From positions 85,817-149,816 of IMG/VR virus record IMGVR_UViG_3300045988_128829: a stretch of 64,000 nt of DNA, one strand, 5' to 3'. This document shows, one piece after another, positions 1 through 9,385 of this stretch; the first letter of the stretch is position 1, and each line of letters starts with the position of its first letter. The position numbers were made by a program, and so were the translations under genes. The stretch comes from a virus. The notes beneath the pieces are model-generated. The model did not search any database. It worked only from the letters and a program-made list of their open reading frames with translations, and was not told where the DNA came from.

Positions 1-1653
1 AAGGTTTTGTTGAAATCCGCCATTGATTCCAAGAATGATCTGGATAAAAAAATGAAGATAAGATCTAAAAAACAAGGAGGGGATTCTTCTAAGCCGGAAA
101 TAGATTGGGATTTATTCAAATCCAAATATGAAAATATGAAGCGCGTGGGTAAGGGTACGCACCGCACTATGGACGTAGATGGAATGAATATGATCTATGA
201 TGCTTTATATGATAAAGGTTTCAATCAACGCCAGATAGAAGCCGTACTTGGAAATATTATTGAAGAATCTGGTGGTAATCCCTATGCCGTATCTGATTAT
301 GGAGGGTTTAAGGGACTTTTCCAAGAATCCGATAAAAGATATCCACCCAAAGAGTTTGAGAAAGATAAAGAGCGATTTAAGGGGGATAAGCGTGGATATA
401 TCAATTACATGATAGACAGATTTTATGATCATGTTCAAGATGCTGGGATGTATAGTATAAAGGATACTAAATACAATAAAGCCATTCATGGAGTAAGCGA
501 ATTTATGTCAGAAGATCCAGATACGGATTATTCGTATCCACTTGTGTATGCTTTTGAAGCTCCATCAGATAAAGAAGGAACTTATAAAAATAGAAAAAGC
601 GTATCAAATTTAATAAGTCAATCTTATGTTTTGGATAATGTTGATAAAAATGATAATACTATTGTTGATGCTATTCTTGGAATAAAAAATGATCTTGAGC
701 TACAAGACTCTATTTCCACTACAAGAGGTGAAGCCTTTAAAGAAGCCAGGAAAAGAGGTCTTAAGGAATTTACATGGAATGGAAAGAGATACAATACCAA
801 CATCAAGAAGGAAGGTGGCGTAGTTGGCAAGCAGCGTGAAGCATATGAATACTTTACTAATAAGCGCGGCATGTCCAAGATACAGGCGCTCGCCATCATA
901 GGTAACCTCATGGCTGAATCCGGCCTTAAAGATGACATATACGGAGACAACAGAACGTCATACGGCATACAGCAATGGCACAACGAACGCATGGATAAGC
1001 TATTCAAGCACGCCAAAAAGAAAGGACATTCTACACCCACATTCAAAGACCAACTTGAGTTCTTGGCTGACGAATACGAAGGGAAAACCGGATATTCTAA
1101 TTTCTTATACACAAGAAAAGGAAAAGAAGGACCAGGGTATTACAACTACAGCCGGCAGGATTTTATGAACGCCGATAACCTTAAGGATGCTGTAGTAGCT
1201 TGGAACCAAGGAGCAGGACGTCCTCATAAGAGTGTTATAAGAAATGATGACCGTTATGACTATGCTATGGAAGTTGCTAAAAATCTTGGTTTGGAAATTG
1301 AAGAAAATTCCGTATCTTTGTATGGTCAAATGGGATTCGGAGATGATGGAGAAATAGCAGCATTGGTAACACTTCCAGAGGTAGAAGTGGCAGCCGCCCT
1401 CCCTAACCCGGAAGCCCAGTCCCAGGAGGGACAGTCCGAGGAAGAGAGATTCCGTACATGGACTGAAACGTATGGTAAAGACATCATAAATCATTTACTG
1501 ACGTTAGACGGGAAAAAGGATGGTGATGACATTGATTACAGCATGATGTATAGACAGCATCAAAAAGAAAGCGAAGAGGATAAGAAAATGGCTTTGATTA
1601 ATGCCGTGCTTCCCAATATACAACTTCGCATTAAAGGCGTCACTGATAATTAG
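1..1653 (+). CDS. virion/tail-associated protein, C-terminal part (5' partial) with two tandem phage-tail-lysozyme-like domains
   Basis: ORF 7..1653 with frame open to nt 1. Two repeats of the pattern GN(I/L)xxESGxN...YG(I)QQW, typical of phage tail lysozyme domains. Confidence 0.65.
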   Translation, partial: KVLLKSAIDSKNDLDKKMKIRSKKQGGDSSKPEIDWDLFKSKYENMKRVGKGTHRTMDVDGMNMIYDALYDKGFNQRQIEAVLGNIIEESGGNPYAVSDYGGFKGLFQESDKRYPPKEFEKDKERFKGDKRGYINYMIDRFYDHVQDAGMYSIKDTKYNKAIHGVSEFMSEDPDTDYSYPLVYAFEAPSDKEGTYKNRKSVSNLISQSYVLDNVDKNDNTIVDAILGIKNDLELQDSISTTRGEAFKEARKRGLKEFTWNGKRYNTNIKKEGGVVGKQREAYEYFTNKRGMSKIQALAIIGNLMAESGLKDDIYGDNRTSYGIQQWHNERMDKLFKHAKKKGHSTPTFKDQLEFLADEYEGKTGYSNFLYTRKGKEGPGYYNYSRQDFMNADNLKDAVVAWNQGAGRPHKSVIRNDDRYDYAMEVAKNLGLEIEENSVSLYGQMGFGDDGEIAALVTLPEVEVAAALPNPEAQSQEGQSEEERFRTWTETYGKDIINHLLTLDGKKDGDDIDYSMMYRQHQKESEEDKKMALINAVLPNIQLRIKGVTDN

Positions 1654-1689
1654 AACAAGATTGTTTTATTTCTCATATTAATAAAGCGA

Positions 1690-1760
1690 AGCCGGATTTG
1701 AGACTCGTTATGCGGATACCGAAGGTTGAAGAACGATATCAAGATAATCCGGCTTTTTTG
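1690..1760 (+). terminator. putative rho-independent terminator with large loop
   Basis: AGCCGGATT (1690-1698) pairs with AATCCGGCT (1746-1754), followed by a T6 run, 40 nt after the stop at 1653. Confidence 0.35.
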
Positions 1761-1915
1761 TGCGATTTCGTGAAGGATGGAACTATCATCGCCTTGGTTT
1801 AACAGAACAGACCTACGTACCTCCACTGTCCTGACGGGCATGGGAGCCCGTCTCGCCTACTACCTGCCTAATTCTCCACTGGCTACTTAATATAACTATT
1901 AATGTCACTCCATCA

Positions 1916-2089
1916 CCTATCTCCCTTCGGTAGATAGGTTCAGTCGTTTTTTAAATGTTATATGTTCTTTCGCATCGTTCCCTTCGGTCACGATACTCAA
2001 TCTTTTCACACAATTAGGCGAACAATACGATGACGGAAAAAATAATTTGTCAATCCGTTCACTCACTTAACTCCCTTCGGTCGTTAAGT
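1916..2089 (+). other. cluster of three UUCG-type hairpins with conserved loop TCCCTTCGGTC and covarying stems
   Basis: Hairpins at 1916-1938 (CCTATCT/AGATAGG), 1974-1994 (ATCGT/ACGAT) and 2065-2089 (ACTTAAC/GTTAAGT) all enclose CCCTTCGG. The first is followed by a T-run at 1947-1952. Confidence 0.4.
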
Positions 2090-2378
2090 TCATTCACTGT
2101 AAACAATTATATGAATAAATGGTAAAGTATATAAAATAATATAAATAATATAATGAGTAAGATCATTGAAAATGGTCTTAATATTAAGGAAAACGGAGAC
2201 TATTCATAGGCGTAGTTTTAATTCAAGATTTGTTGTCCCACCACTGACGGTCAGCCGGTTACGTTCAGAGTCGTTTTCCTGTCTCTTATCCAAACCGTCA
2301 TAAAATAAAAAACCTTGTATCCTATTTCTCTCAAACCGGATACAAGGCAGTGCATTTTCTTCTTTTTATATAAAATCA

Positions 2379-2386
2379 TATATTTG
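2379..2386 (+). promoter_or_regulatory. Bacteroidota-type -7 promoter element TAtaTTTG
   Basis: Matches the TAnnTTTG consensus 20 nt upstream of the ATG at 2407. Confidence 0.45.
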
Positions 2387-2406
2387 CACTAAACAACAAA
2401 AACAAT

Positions 2407-3426
2407 ATGGAGACAAAAATAACTGAAATAATGAATCCTCACAAGTTACACGACAAGCTCTTCAAGAAAGAGCTTGTCTCTCCGATAGAAGTTATATACA
2501 ATAGCTTCAGCAACTTAGGGTACAATGTAGTACGCCGTCCAGCCGGTCAGTGTTTAGGCAATTTGAGATATTTTAATCTATTTTATGACAAACATACTCA
2601 TCATTTCTATCAGAAAAACAGGAAGTTGAGATATTGTAGTAATTTTCTCATATCTGATTACTGGAAAGATAGAGTGCGATGTTTCATAGTTTGGAACTTT
2701 GGATTTGGAAGATTCTTTCCGTACAATGACTTTATTGAGGCTATGGTTTATGATTATCTTCGATATGGGAGAAAGTCAGTTCCTTATCTTAAAAGCGTGC
2801 AAGAGGCTGAAGAAAAGTGTGTAAGGTTCTATATCCGGTCTCAGATAGATATGCTTCGTAAGGAAGGATATGCCGCTTATCGGGCTAAGTTTAAGGAAGA
2901 ACGTCCTCAGTATTTCATCGGAGACGATAGGACGGTGTTTAGATGCCTTGACAGCTCTTTGAAAAGAGAAGAGAAGATTGCTGCATGCGTAGCCCATAAA
3001 AGGGCTTTAAAAGAAGGGATAATGACTTCTTTCATTAATCACCTTAAGAAACATCCTACCACTTTATATTCGTGGTTTTCGTCAGAGGTGGACAGTCAAG
3101 GAAAAAATAGGATATGTCTATCCGACAAGGCTGTTTCGTATTTAAATAAGAGATTGGCTCGCAATGGATTAAAGGCTCTTTCGGCATCATATCTTTTTAG
3201 AACGTTTAGAAAAATGGTGAAGATCTTGTTTGGCTTCAATGTCAGGTCGTTCTTGAATAGCTGTCTGATGTCTGTTTCAACAGAAGAGGTTTTAACCAAA
3301 TCTATGAAGAAAATAGTTTCCAAGACAGTGCTGTTTTTGTATAGGAGAGCGCTTAAGAACTATCGCCGGGCATGCGGTCTTAAGTACGACCCTGATTCGG
3401 GCGGTTTGTCTGCCGTACATGATTGA
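2407..3426 (+). CDS. hypothetical basic, aromatic-rich protein (339 aa)
   Basis: Long ORF with its own promoter-like element, on the same strand as the structural block. Confidence 0.6.
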   Translation: METKITEIMNPHKLHDKLFKKELVSPIEVIYNSFSNLGYNVVRRPAGQCLGNLRYFNLFYDKHTHHFYQKNRKLRYCSNFLISDYWKDRVRCFIVWNFGFGRFFPYNDFIEAMVYDYLRYGRKSVPYLKSVQEAEEKCVRFYIRSQIDMLRKEGYAAYRAKFKEERPQYFIGDDRTVFRCLDSSLKREEKIAACVAHKRALKEGIMTSFINHLKKHPTTLYSWFSSEVDSQGKNRICLSDKAVSYLNKRLARNGLKALSASYLFRTFRKMVKILFGFNVRSFLNSCLMSVSTEEVLTKSMKKIVSKTVLFLYRRALKNYRRACGLKYDPDSGGLSAVHD

Positions 3427-3472
3427 TTTTTAAACGTATCCCATAACGTTGGATTTTCTCGTTCGTTTCTCT

Positions 3473-3480
3473 TATCTTTG
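3473..3480 (+). promoter_or_regulatory. Bacteroidota-type -7 promoter element TAtcTTTG
   Basis: TAnnTTTG consensus 14 nt upstream of the ATG at 3495. Confidence 0.45.
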
Positions 3481-3494
3481 TGAAAAAAGATAGT

Positions 3495-6326
3495 ATGAGA
3501 TTACGAATCATAAAAAATCGTCCGATATTCGCTCCTGGCGGTAGTGTTCAGGATAAGAGACAGGATATTAATGTATCCTCTACTCAGCCTATTCTTGATT
3601 ATGGAACGCCTGTTAATAAATGGGGTGAATCTGATATTCAGAATATATATATGCCTTCTGATGTGACTTTAGAAACAGAGGAGGGGGAGATAAATCCATT
3701 TAGTAGTATGCCTACATCCGATCCGTTTTTTGAAAATCATGATGCAGGATATGCAGGATATCTCGCTGATAATAGGGGCATGGTTAAAAACGTAGAGAAA
3801 TCAGTCGTTGATAATGCAATGAATTTAGGTGGTGTTGATGCTGATTCCTCTAAAGAAAAACGTTCCCAAGATGGTAATCCTCTTGATCCTATGACTACCC
3901 CATATTATTCACCTGATCTAACCGGCAGAGCTCAAATGTTCGGTACAAGTCTTGGTCGGATAAGAGCCGGTAATAAGGTCGGTGCTAATGTGGCTCAAGC
4001 TGCCTTGTCCGGTGTTAGTTTAGGATTAGGTCTTACTCGTAATATCATGGGAGCTTCATCTGCTGCGTATGCAGCCAGCAGAGACGAGCAGGCGGCGAGG
4101 GAAAAGCTCGAAAAAGAGCGCCGGCAGCAGTTTATCCGATGGGAACGTGAAGGCGGTGGTGTTAACCTCGGAAATGGACAGAGAATAGATTCTTCCGATT
4201 TGACAGGAGAATACATTTACCCTCTTCCTAAATCTATGGAGGATAATGCTAATGTTGAGATAGAAAAAGGAGAATATGTTTCGACTCAGGATGATGTTGG
4301 TCCTATGGAGGCAAAAGGTAACAGGCATGAAGACGGCGGCACTCCCGTTGATTTGCCAGAAGCTCATATTATTTCAGATTACCGTACTATTGATGATGAT
4401 TTTGCTTCTTACGTAAGGGAAAATTATGGCATTAGAGCTACGGAAAAAGATACATATGCTACGCTTCTTGATAGGTACAAGAAAAAAATAGGATTGTCCG
4501 AAAAGTATGATGATCAGGAACGTGTTTTCAAGAGGCTGGAAAAGAATAAGGATGTTAAGGATAAAAATACTTCTGAGTTGAATAAGTCTATTCTTTCCAA
4601 GTACGTAAATGATAATCAAAAGGAAATAGACGAACTTGAGGTGCAATTCAGGTCTTTTGCTGATATTGTCTATAACAAACAAGAGGAATCCAAGCGCCAA
4701 GAAAAGATAGATGCTTTCTTTAGAGATGGCGGAAAGGTTGATTTAAATGCCGTAAGAAAGCAGGCTAAGGCTCTTAACGTATCTGAATCTGATGCTAAAA
4801 ATTGGATATACGATGAGTATGTAAAGAGAGTTAGGAAAATGGCTGAAGGCGGCCCTACCAAAGAGCAAATAGAGTGGGGTAAGAAAGTACAGCAGCTTTT
4901 AATGAAGCAGTTTGGACGTGCTCTTAATATGTCTATAGTAGATGTTGCAGACAGAGAGCAGATCCTTAATCCTGATTCTGGTGTAAATTCTAATCAAAAT
5001 CTGCAACACAGAAGCAGTTCCGGTTATGGTAGGGTAAACAACAAAGCTATTTCTAATTTGCTTGATATTAACCGTTGGGCTAATAAATACAATACGGATG
5101 GAGATTTTAATACAGAAGGATTCCAGACTGGATACAATAGCCAACTAAACAACCTATGGGCTTTGGCAGAATCAGGTGCTATAGCCAATGCCGAAAAAGC
5201 CAAGAAATTTAGAGACGAATACGGATTTTGGGGAGAAGATGCTGGTAAGTACGACCAAGGAAGTAAATCGGCATATAACTCATTTGCCGTAGATGACAAA
5301 TTTGGGCAAACTACGGCAACCAGATCATTTTATGGATTGGATGTAGTTACTCCTGAACAAAAGAGATTGTTGAACGAAAAAGGGATAAAGAATTATGTTG
5401 ACTTATTTGGTGATAAATCTGATGCAGCTAAGAAGATTCTGGGTGCCGATTATAATAAGTTTGCTGCTTTAAAAGATAGCGGTTTGATGTTAGAAACAGA
5501 CTTTGTTTTAGAAGCCGTAAATCCGGCATCAAAACCTATAGAAGCTAAACCTGTAGGAACCGGCGCTAAATCTCCCAACCCAGGTTCTCCAGGCAGGATA
5601 GAAGTGAAGAAAGAAAATCCTGTTATTAATACTACTGTAGAAACGGAAGCTGAGGAAGAAGATGATACAAAAGGAAGAAAAGGTGTCAATCCTGCTTTAT
5701 CAGGTCCTATATTCCCTGAGATGTTGAGGATGCTTGATACCGGATTAGAGATAGAGGGATTGGAAAGGCATCAGGCTCCGAGAATAGATCCTGTTCTGCA
5801 ATCTGCTGATCAGTATATCAACGAGCTCAACCGCGCGACATCGGCTCAGTTGGACGCAGTAGGTGACGTGCCCGACTCCCAGCGCTCCGCTATTCTGGCT
5901 AATATGAACGCCATAGCCGGAAGCAATATAGCCAAGTACATTAACGAAGTAAATTTCAATAACGCAAGGCAAATAAACGAAGCTGATAGATTCAATGAAA
6001 TGGCTTATGTTCAGACAGACGATAAGAACATAGCGGAAAGGCAACGTTATGAATCTGGATTATTGAAGGCTATGGCTATAAGGGATGAAAATCTTGCTCG
6101 TTATTATGATAGTATAAACAGCGAGATACAGAATAAGTTCAATGTTCGTACATCGTTGAATACCATAGCTTCCATAGCTCCAAATATGAGAATGCTTCCA
6201 AGTGGTCAAATTATTTACGTTCAAGGTAATCAGGATGTGATGAATATGGGTGATTATTCCACACCTTACTTGAGAAGTTTAAATGAAGAAGATGATGAAA
6301 TTAAAAGAAGAAGGAGGACCAAATAG
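3495..6326 (+). CDS. large virion/structural protein (944 aa)
   Basis: Long ORF. The ATG at 3495 is preferred over the GTG at 3480 because of the promoter position. Coiled-coil, D/E/K/N-rich composition. Confidence 0.8.
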   Translation: MRLRIIKNRPIFAPGGSVQDKRQDINVSSTQPILDYGTPVNKWGESDIQNIYMPSDVTLETEEGEINPFSSMPTSDPFFENHDAGYAGYLADNRGMVKNVEKSVVDNAMNLGGVDADSSKEKRSQDGNPLDPMTTPYYSPDLTGRAQMFGTSLGRIRAGNKVGANVAQAALSGVSLGLGLTRNIMGASSAAYAASRDEQAAREKLEKERRQQFIRWEREGGGVNLGNGQRIDSSDLTGEYIYPLPKSMEDNANVEIEKGEYVSTQDDVGPMEAKGNRHEDGGTPVDLPEAHIISDYRTIDDDFASYVRENYGIRATEKDTYATLLDRYKKKIGLSEKYDDQERVFKRLEKNKDVKDKNTSELNKSILSKYVNDNQKEIDELEVQFRSFADIVYNKQEESKRQEKIDAFFRDGGKVDLNAVRKQAKALNVSESDAKNWIYDEYVKRVRKMAEGGPTKEQIEWGKKVQQLLMKQFGRALNMSIVDVADREQILNPDSGVNSNQNLQHRSSSGYGRVNNKAISNLLDINRWANKYNTDGDFNTEGFQTGYNSQLNNLWALAESGAIANAEKAKKFRDEYGFWGEDAGKYDQGSKSAYNSFAVDDKFGQTTATRSFYGLDVVTPEQKRLLNEKGIKNYVDLFGDKSDAAKKILGADYNKFAALKDSGLMLETDFVLEAVNPASKPIEAKPVGTGAKSPNPGSPGRIEVKKENPVINTTVETEAEEEDDTKGRKGVNPALSGPIFPEMLRMLDTGLEIEGLERHQAPRIDPVLQSADQYINELNRATSAQLDAVGDVPDSQRSAILANMNAIAGSNIAKYINEVNFNNARQINEADRFNEMAYVQTDDKNIAERQRYESGLLKAMAIRDENLARYYDSINSEIQNKFNVRTSLNTIASIAPNMRMLPSGQIIYVQGNQDVMNMGDYSTPYLRSLNEEDDEIKRRRRTK

Positions 6327-9300
6327 TGGCTTCACAGTATAGTATTTTAAGGCAATATGCCCCGTATGTTAGTCCTTACAACATAGATCTTGTTAAGGAC
6401 GTCATGATGTACAAACAGCAGAAGGTTGATGCTGCTCGTGAAAAGATCTATACCCAGGTAGATTATCTTATGGGTCAAGAGATAGATAAGCCTGAAGCCC
6501 GCGCTTATATGGAAGATAAGATGTCAGGTGTGATTGCTAACATCAATCAAAAATTCAAAGGCGTGGATCTTTCTTCTGATGGTGTTACGAGAGCCATACA
6601 AGGAGAGATAAGTTCGGTGTTAGATGATACGGTCATTAACGCGATTGCCGGCACAAAAGAAGGCAAGAGGGTTATGAAGGAAATAGAATCTATAAAACAG
6701 AATCATCCTGAACTTTATTCTCCTATTAATGAATGGCATGCTTTGGACCCTTATTACAAATGGAGGTCAGATGGTAAAGCAGGATCAAGGTTGGGAGGTC
6801 TTCATTATTCTCCTTATGTCGATTATACTAAGGAGATAAATAAGCTGGTCAGTGATTTTAGGAAAAACAACGAAGGCAAGAAGATTCAGACAACAGAATA
6901 TGATGTTAAAGGTAATCCTACTGGTGGAATCATAGAAGTCAACGTAGATGAGCTTACTGATTCCCAGATAAGGAATTTTGTGTCTGCTAACTTATCTGAA
7001 AACATGAGGAATCAGATGAGAATAGAAGCATCATACATGGCAGCTACCAATCCGGTGTTCAGTAATCCGGATTTGGTTAGTCAATACATTGGGTCTTATG
7101 TCGAAAGATACGATAGGCACATAGGAGCATTGGAAGCAAAAAAGAAATCAGTAGGGGATAATAAGGATATTATTGATCGTATTGACAGTCAGATACAGGA
7201 AGCTAAAAATCAGAAAGCAGAAGCCAAGAGGGAGGCAGATATGATAATAGCTTCATCAGATCCGGTAGCGGCTGCTAATTTTGTTGTTACCAATAATCTT
7301 TTCGATAAGATGACTGATGCATGGAGATACGACAATACAAGTTTTGAAAGGAAGAAAGATGATCTTTATTTTGCAAGGTTGGCAGAGGATAGGGCTCAGC
7401 AAAAGTTTTTGACTGATAATGCTAAGTCTATGGTTGAAATATCGTTGGCAAAAGAGCAACTTGCACAGGCTAAGATTGAAACCGAATACATGCGTACTTA
7501 CGGTTCCAAGATGGGCACTGAAAGCTCATCCGGAGGCACAAGAGGAGCAGGCGGTGTAGGAGTGCCGATGGCTCCTATGGACGGGCCTACGGCTATCAAT
7601 TCTGGAACGGGTAAGATAGGATCTGTTAATTTGGCTAATATCCCTTATGAACAACTCACATCTTCTTCCACAGAGCGTAGAGCAAATTTATTGAAATTAT
7701 ATAATTCATTATCTCCTACAGACAGAAGTAATATCGTTGCAGCATCATACGAAGAAGAAAAAACTGACCCAGGATTGTATGCTAATATGACTCCTGAAGA
7801 ACGGATATATTCTTATTTAAAAAATAATGGAGGTCAGAAAAACGGATATTTTGGACAAGGAAATAACAGATTGTCTGAAGCTTATGATGCTTTACTTCTT
7901 TCTGATTCTAAGGCAAATGGAGCTACAAAGGCTATAAATAACATAACTGATTATCAAATAGATAATATAGTTACTAAAAAAAATAAGGATATTATCAGTA
8001 AAGTTCGTAATGCTAAGTTTATGAAAGGAAATTCTTTTATAAATCTTACCGATACAGATGATAAGGCTGGAGCCTTCCTGCTCGCCACAGCCATAACAAC
8101 TGGTGTATCTGATGCCGTATGGTTCAGAGAATACATGATGGACCCTTCAAGAGGAATAGATATTCTTAGTGCTACATCTCCGTCATTAGGAGCTAAGGCG
8201 AGTGCCGGCAAGTTGGGGAAAAACATATCTGATGCTATTACAAGCGAGAATAATGGTTCTTCTACTGGTACATTGGCTCTTATTAATGGAATGAAGAAAC
8301 TCAACGGCGATCCTGATTTTAATATATCAGATTATATGACCATAGATAAGGATGGTGATATAGATTTAAAAGATTATCAGGAAGGTGAACCATTAACTAT
8401 TACCCAGCTAAGATATGCTGAGAAAAACAGTAGAGTGTCTGATATGATAGCAGGTCAGATGCAGGATGAGATAAAAATGTCTGTATCTCCTGATCAGATT
8501 TCTGATAAGTTATCTCAGTATCATTACCTTGATTCTTACAAAAGATACAATTGGAATGCCGATTCACCGGAAAAGTCTTTGCAGAAGGCTCAGTTTAGAA
8601 GATTGTCTGGTTACATGGCAGGAAAGGTAAATAATCTGGATCCTACTGCTATTAATGCCATTAATATGGATGCCGAGATAGATAATGGCACTGTTAGAAG
8701 ATTCTTGACTGCTCAAGTAGGTTCCGGTAAAAATTCTTATGTTACAGAAAGGGTTGAGATTACGAATGACGAGCTTCTTAAGGCGGGTATAGATCCTTCG
8801 GTCGAGGAGCGTAATTATCCGGTGGATGGTTACAAATCAAGTTTTGGAACCTGTGATTTTGTAGATACCGGAAAGAAGGAAGGTTATTCTTATGATAAGT
8901 ATCTTATACGTAATGGTCTTCCCCGTTTGGCTTCTAAGGCTGATGTTAAGAATGATCTTTATGATATAGTAAAGGTTCATGGTTCTTACCTTAAGCCAGA
9001 AGAAATGAATGTTGTTAAAACCCTTGTTGATAATTTTATTGACATGTCTGATAACATATCAGTTCAGTTGGAGGGAATGGATGACAGGGGTTCAAGAGAG
9101 GTAGCGGTCAATTTCTATGACAAAAGGACTAAAAATTCTAAAAATCCTGCATTGTTGTTCTCGGATTTTGTTCCTTTGGATCCAGGTAATGATGAGTATG
9201 CGGATTACTGGAATAGCATTCACCAGAAGTGTCCTCAGTACTTCTTTGTAAAATACGTGAAGGAGGCTGTTCAAGAACGTCTTGATCAGATGAGGGATCC

Positions 9301-9385
9301 GTATATGAGAGGAATAAATATCACGCCCAATATGAATGACAAGTTTAGTAAGTTGAACGATTTTTTGCAGAAAATTTATGGCTGA
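6326..9385 (+). CDS. large virion/structural protein (1019 aa)
   Basis: Long ORF with a GTG start overlapping the upstream stop, and AAGGAGG 8 nt upstream. Confidence 0.8.
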   Translation: MASQYSILRQYAPYVSPYNIDLVKDVMMYKQQKVDAAREKIYTQVDYLMGQEIDKPEARAYMEDKMSGVIANINQKFKGVDLSSDGVTRAIQGEISSVLDDTVINAIAGTKEGKRVMKEIESIKQNHPELYSPINEWHALDPYYKWRSDGKAGSRLGGLHYSPYVDYTKEINKLVSDFRKNNEGKKIQTTEYDVKGNPTGGIIEVNVDELTDSQIRNFVSANLSENMRNQMRIEASYMAATNPVFSNPDLVSQYIGSYVERYDRHIGALEAKKKSVGDNKDIIDRIDSQIQEAKNQKAEAKREADMIIASSDPVAAANFVVTNNLFDKMTDAWRYDNTSFERKKDDLYFARLAEDRAQQKFLTDNAKSMVEISLAKEQLAQAKIETEYMRTYGSKMGTESSSGGTRGAGGVGVPMAPMDGPTAINSGTGKIGSVNLANIPYEQLTSSSTERRANLLKLYNSLSPTDRSNIVAASYEEEKTDPGLYANMTPEERIYSYLKNNGGQKNGYFGQGNNRLSEAYDALLLSDSKANGATKAINNITDYQIDNIVTKKNKDIISKVRNAKFMKGNSFINLTDTDDKAGAFLLATAITTGVSDAVWFREYMMDPSRGIDILSATSPSLGAKASAGKLGKNISDAITSENNGSSTGTLALINGMKKLNGDPDFNISDYMTIDKDGDIDLKDYQEGEPLTITQLRYAEKNSRVSDMIAGQMQDEIKMSVSPDQISDKLSQYHYLDSYKRYNWNADSPEKSLQKAQFRRLSGYMAGKVNNLDPTAINAINMDAEIDNGTVRRFLTAQVGSGKNSYVTERVEITNDELLKAGIDPSVEERNYPVDGYKSSFGTCDFVDTGKKEGYSYDKYLIRNGLPRLASKADVKNDLYDIVKVHGSYLKPEEMNVVKTLVDNFIDMSDNISVQLEGMDDRGSREVAVNFYDKRTKNSKNPALLFSDFVPLDPGNDEYADYWNSIHQKCPQYFFVKYVKEAVQERLDQMRDPYMRGINITPNMNDKFSKLNDFLQKIYG

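Noticed and set aside
205-1494. Antisense ORFs inside the lysozyme-domain gene (205..489, 624..1112, 1105..1494), and similar shadow ORFs inside the giant genes (e.g. 4056..4367, 7954..8304, 10430..10717, 13245..13604)
   Set aside because: Each lies fully within a much longer, motif-bearing ORF on the opposite strand and has low-complexity or hydrophobic composition typical of shadow ORFs.
1686-1760. Possible tRNA in the structured spacer
   Set aside because: No T-loop or anticodon arm can be drawn. It is better explained as a long-loop terminator hairpin.
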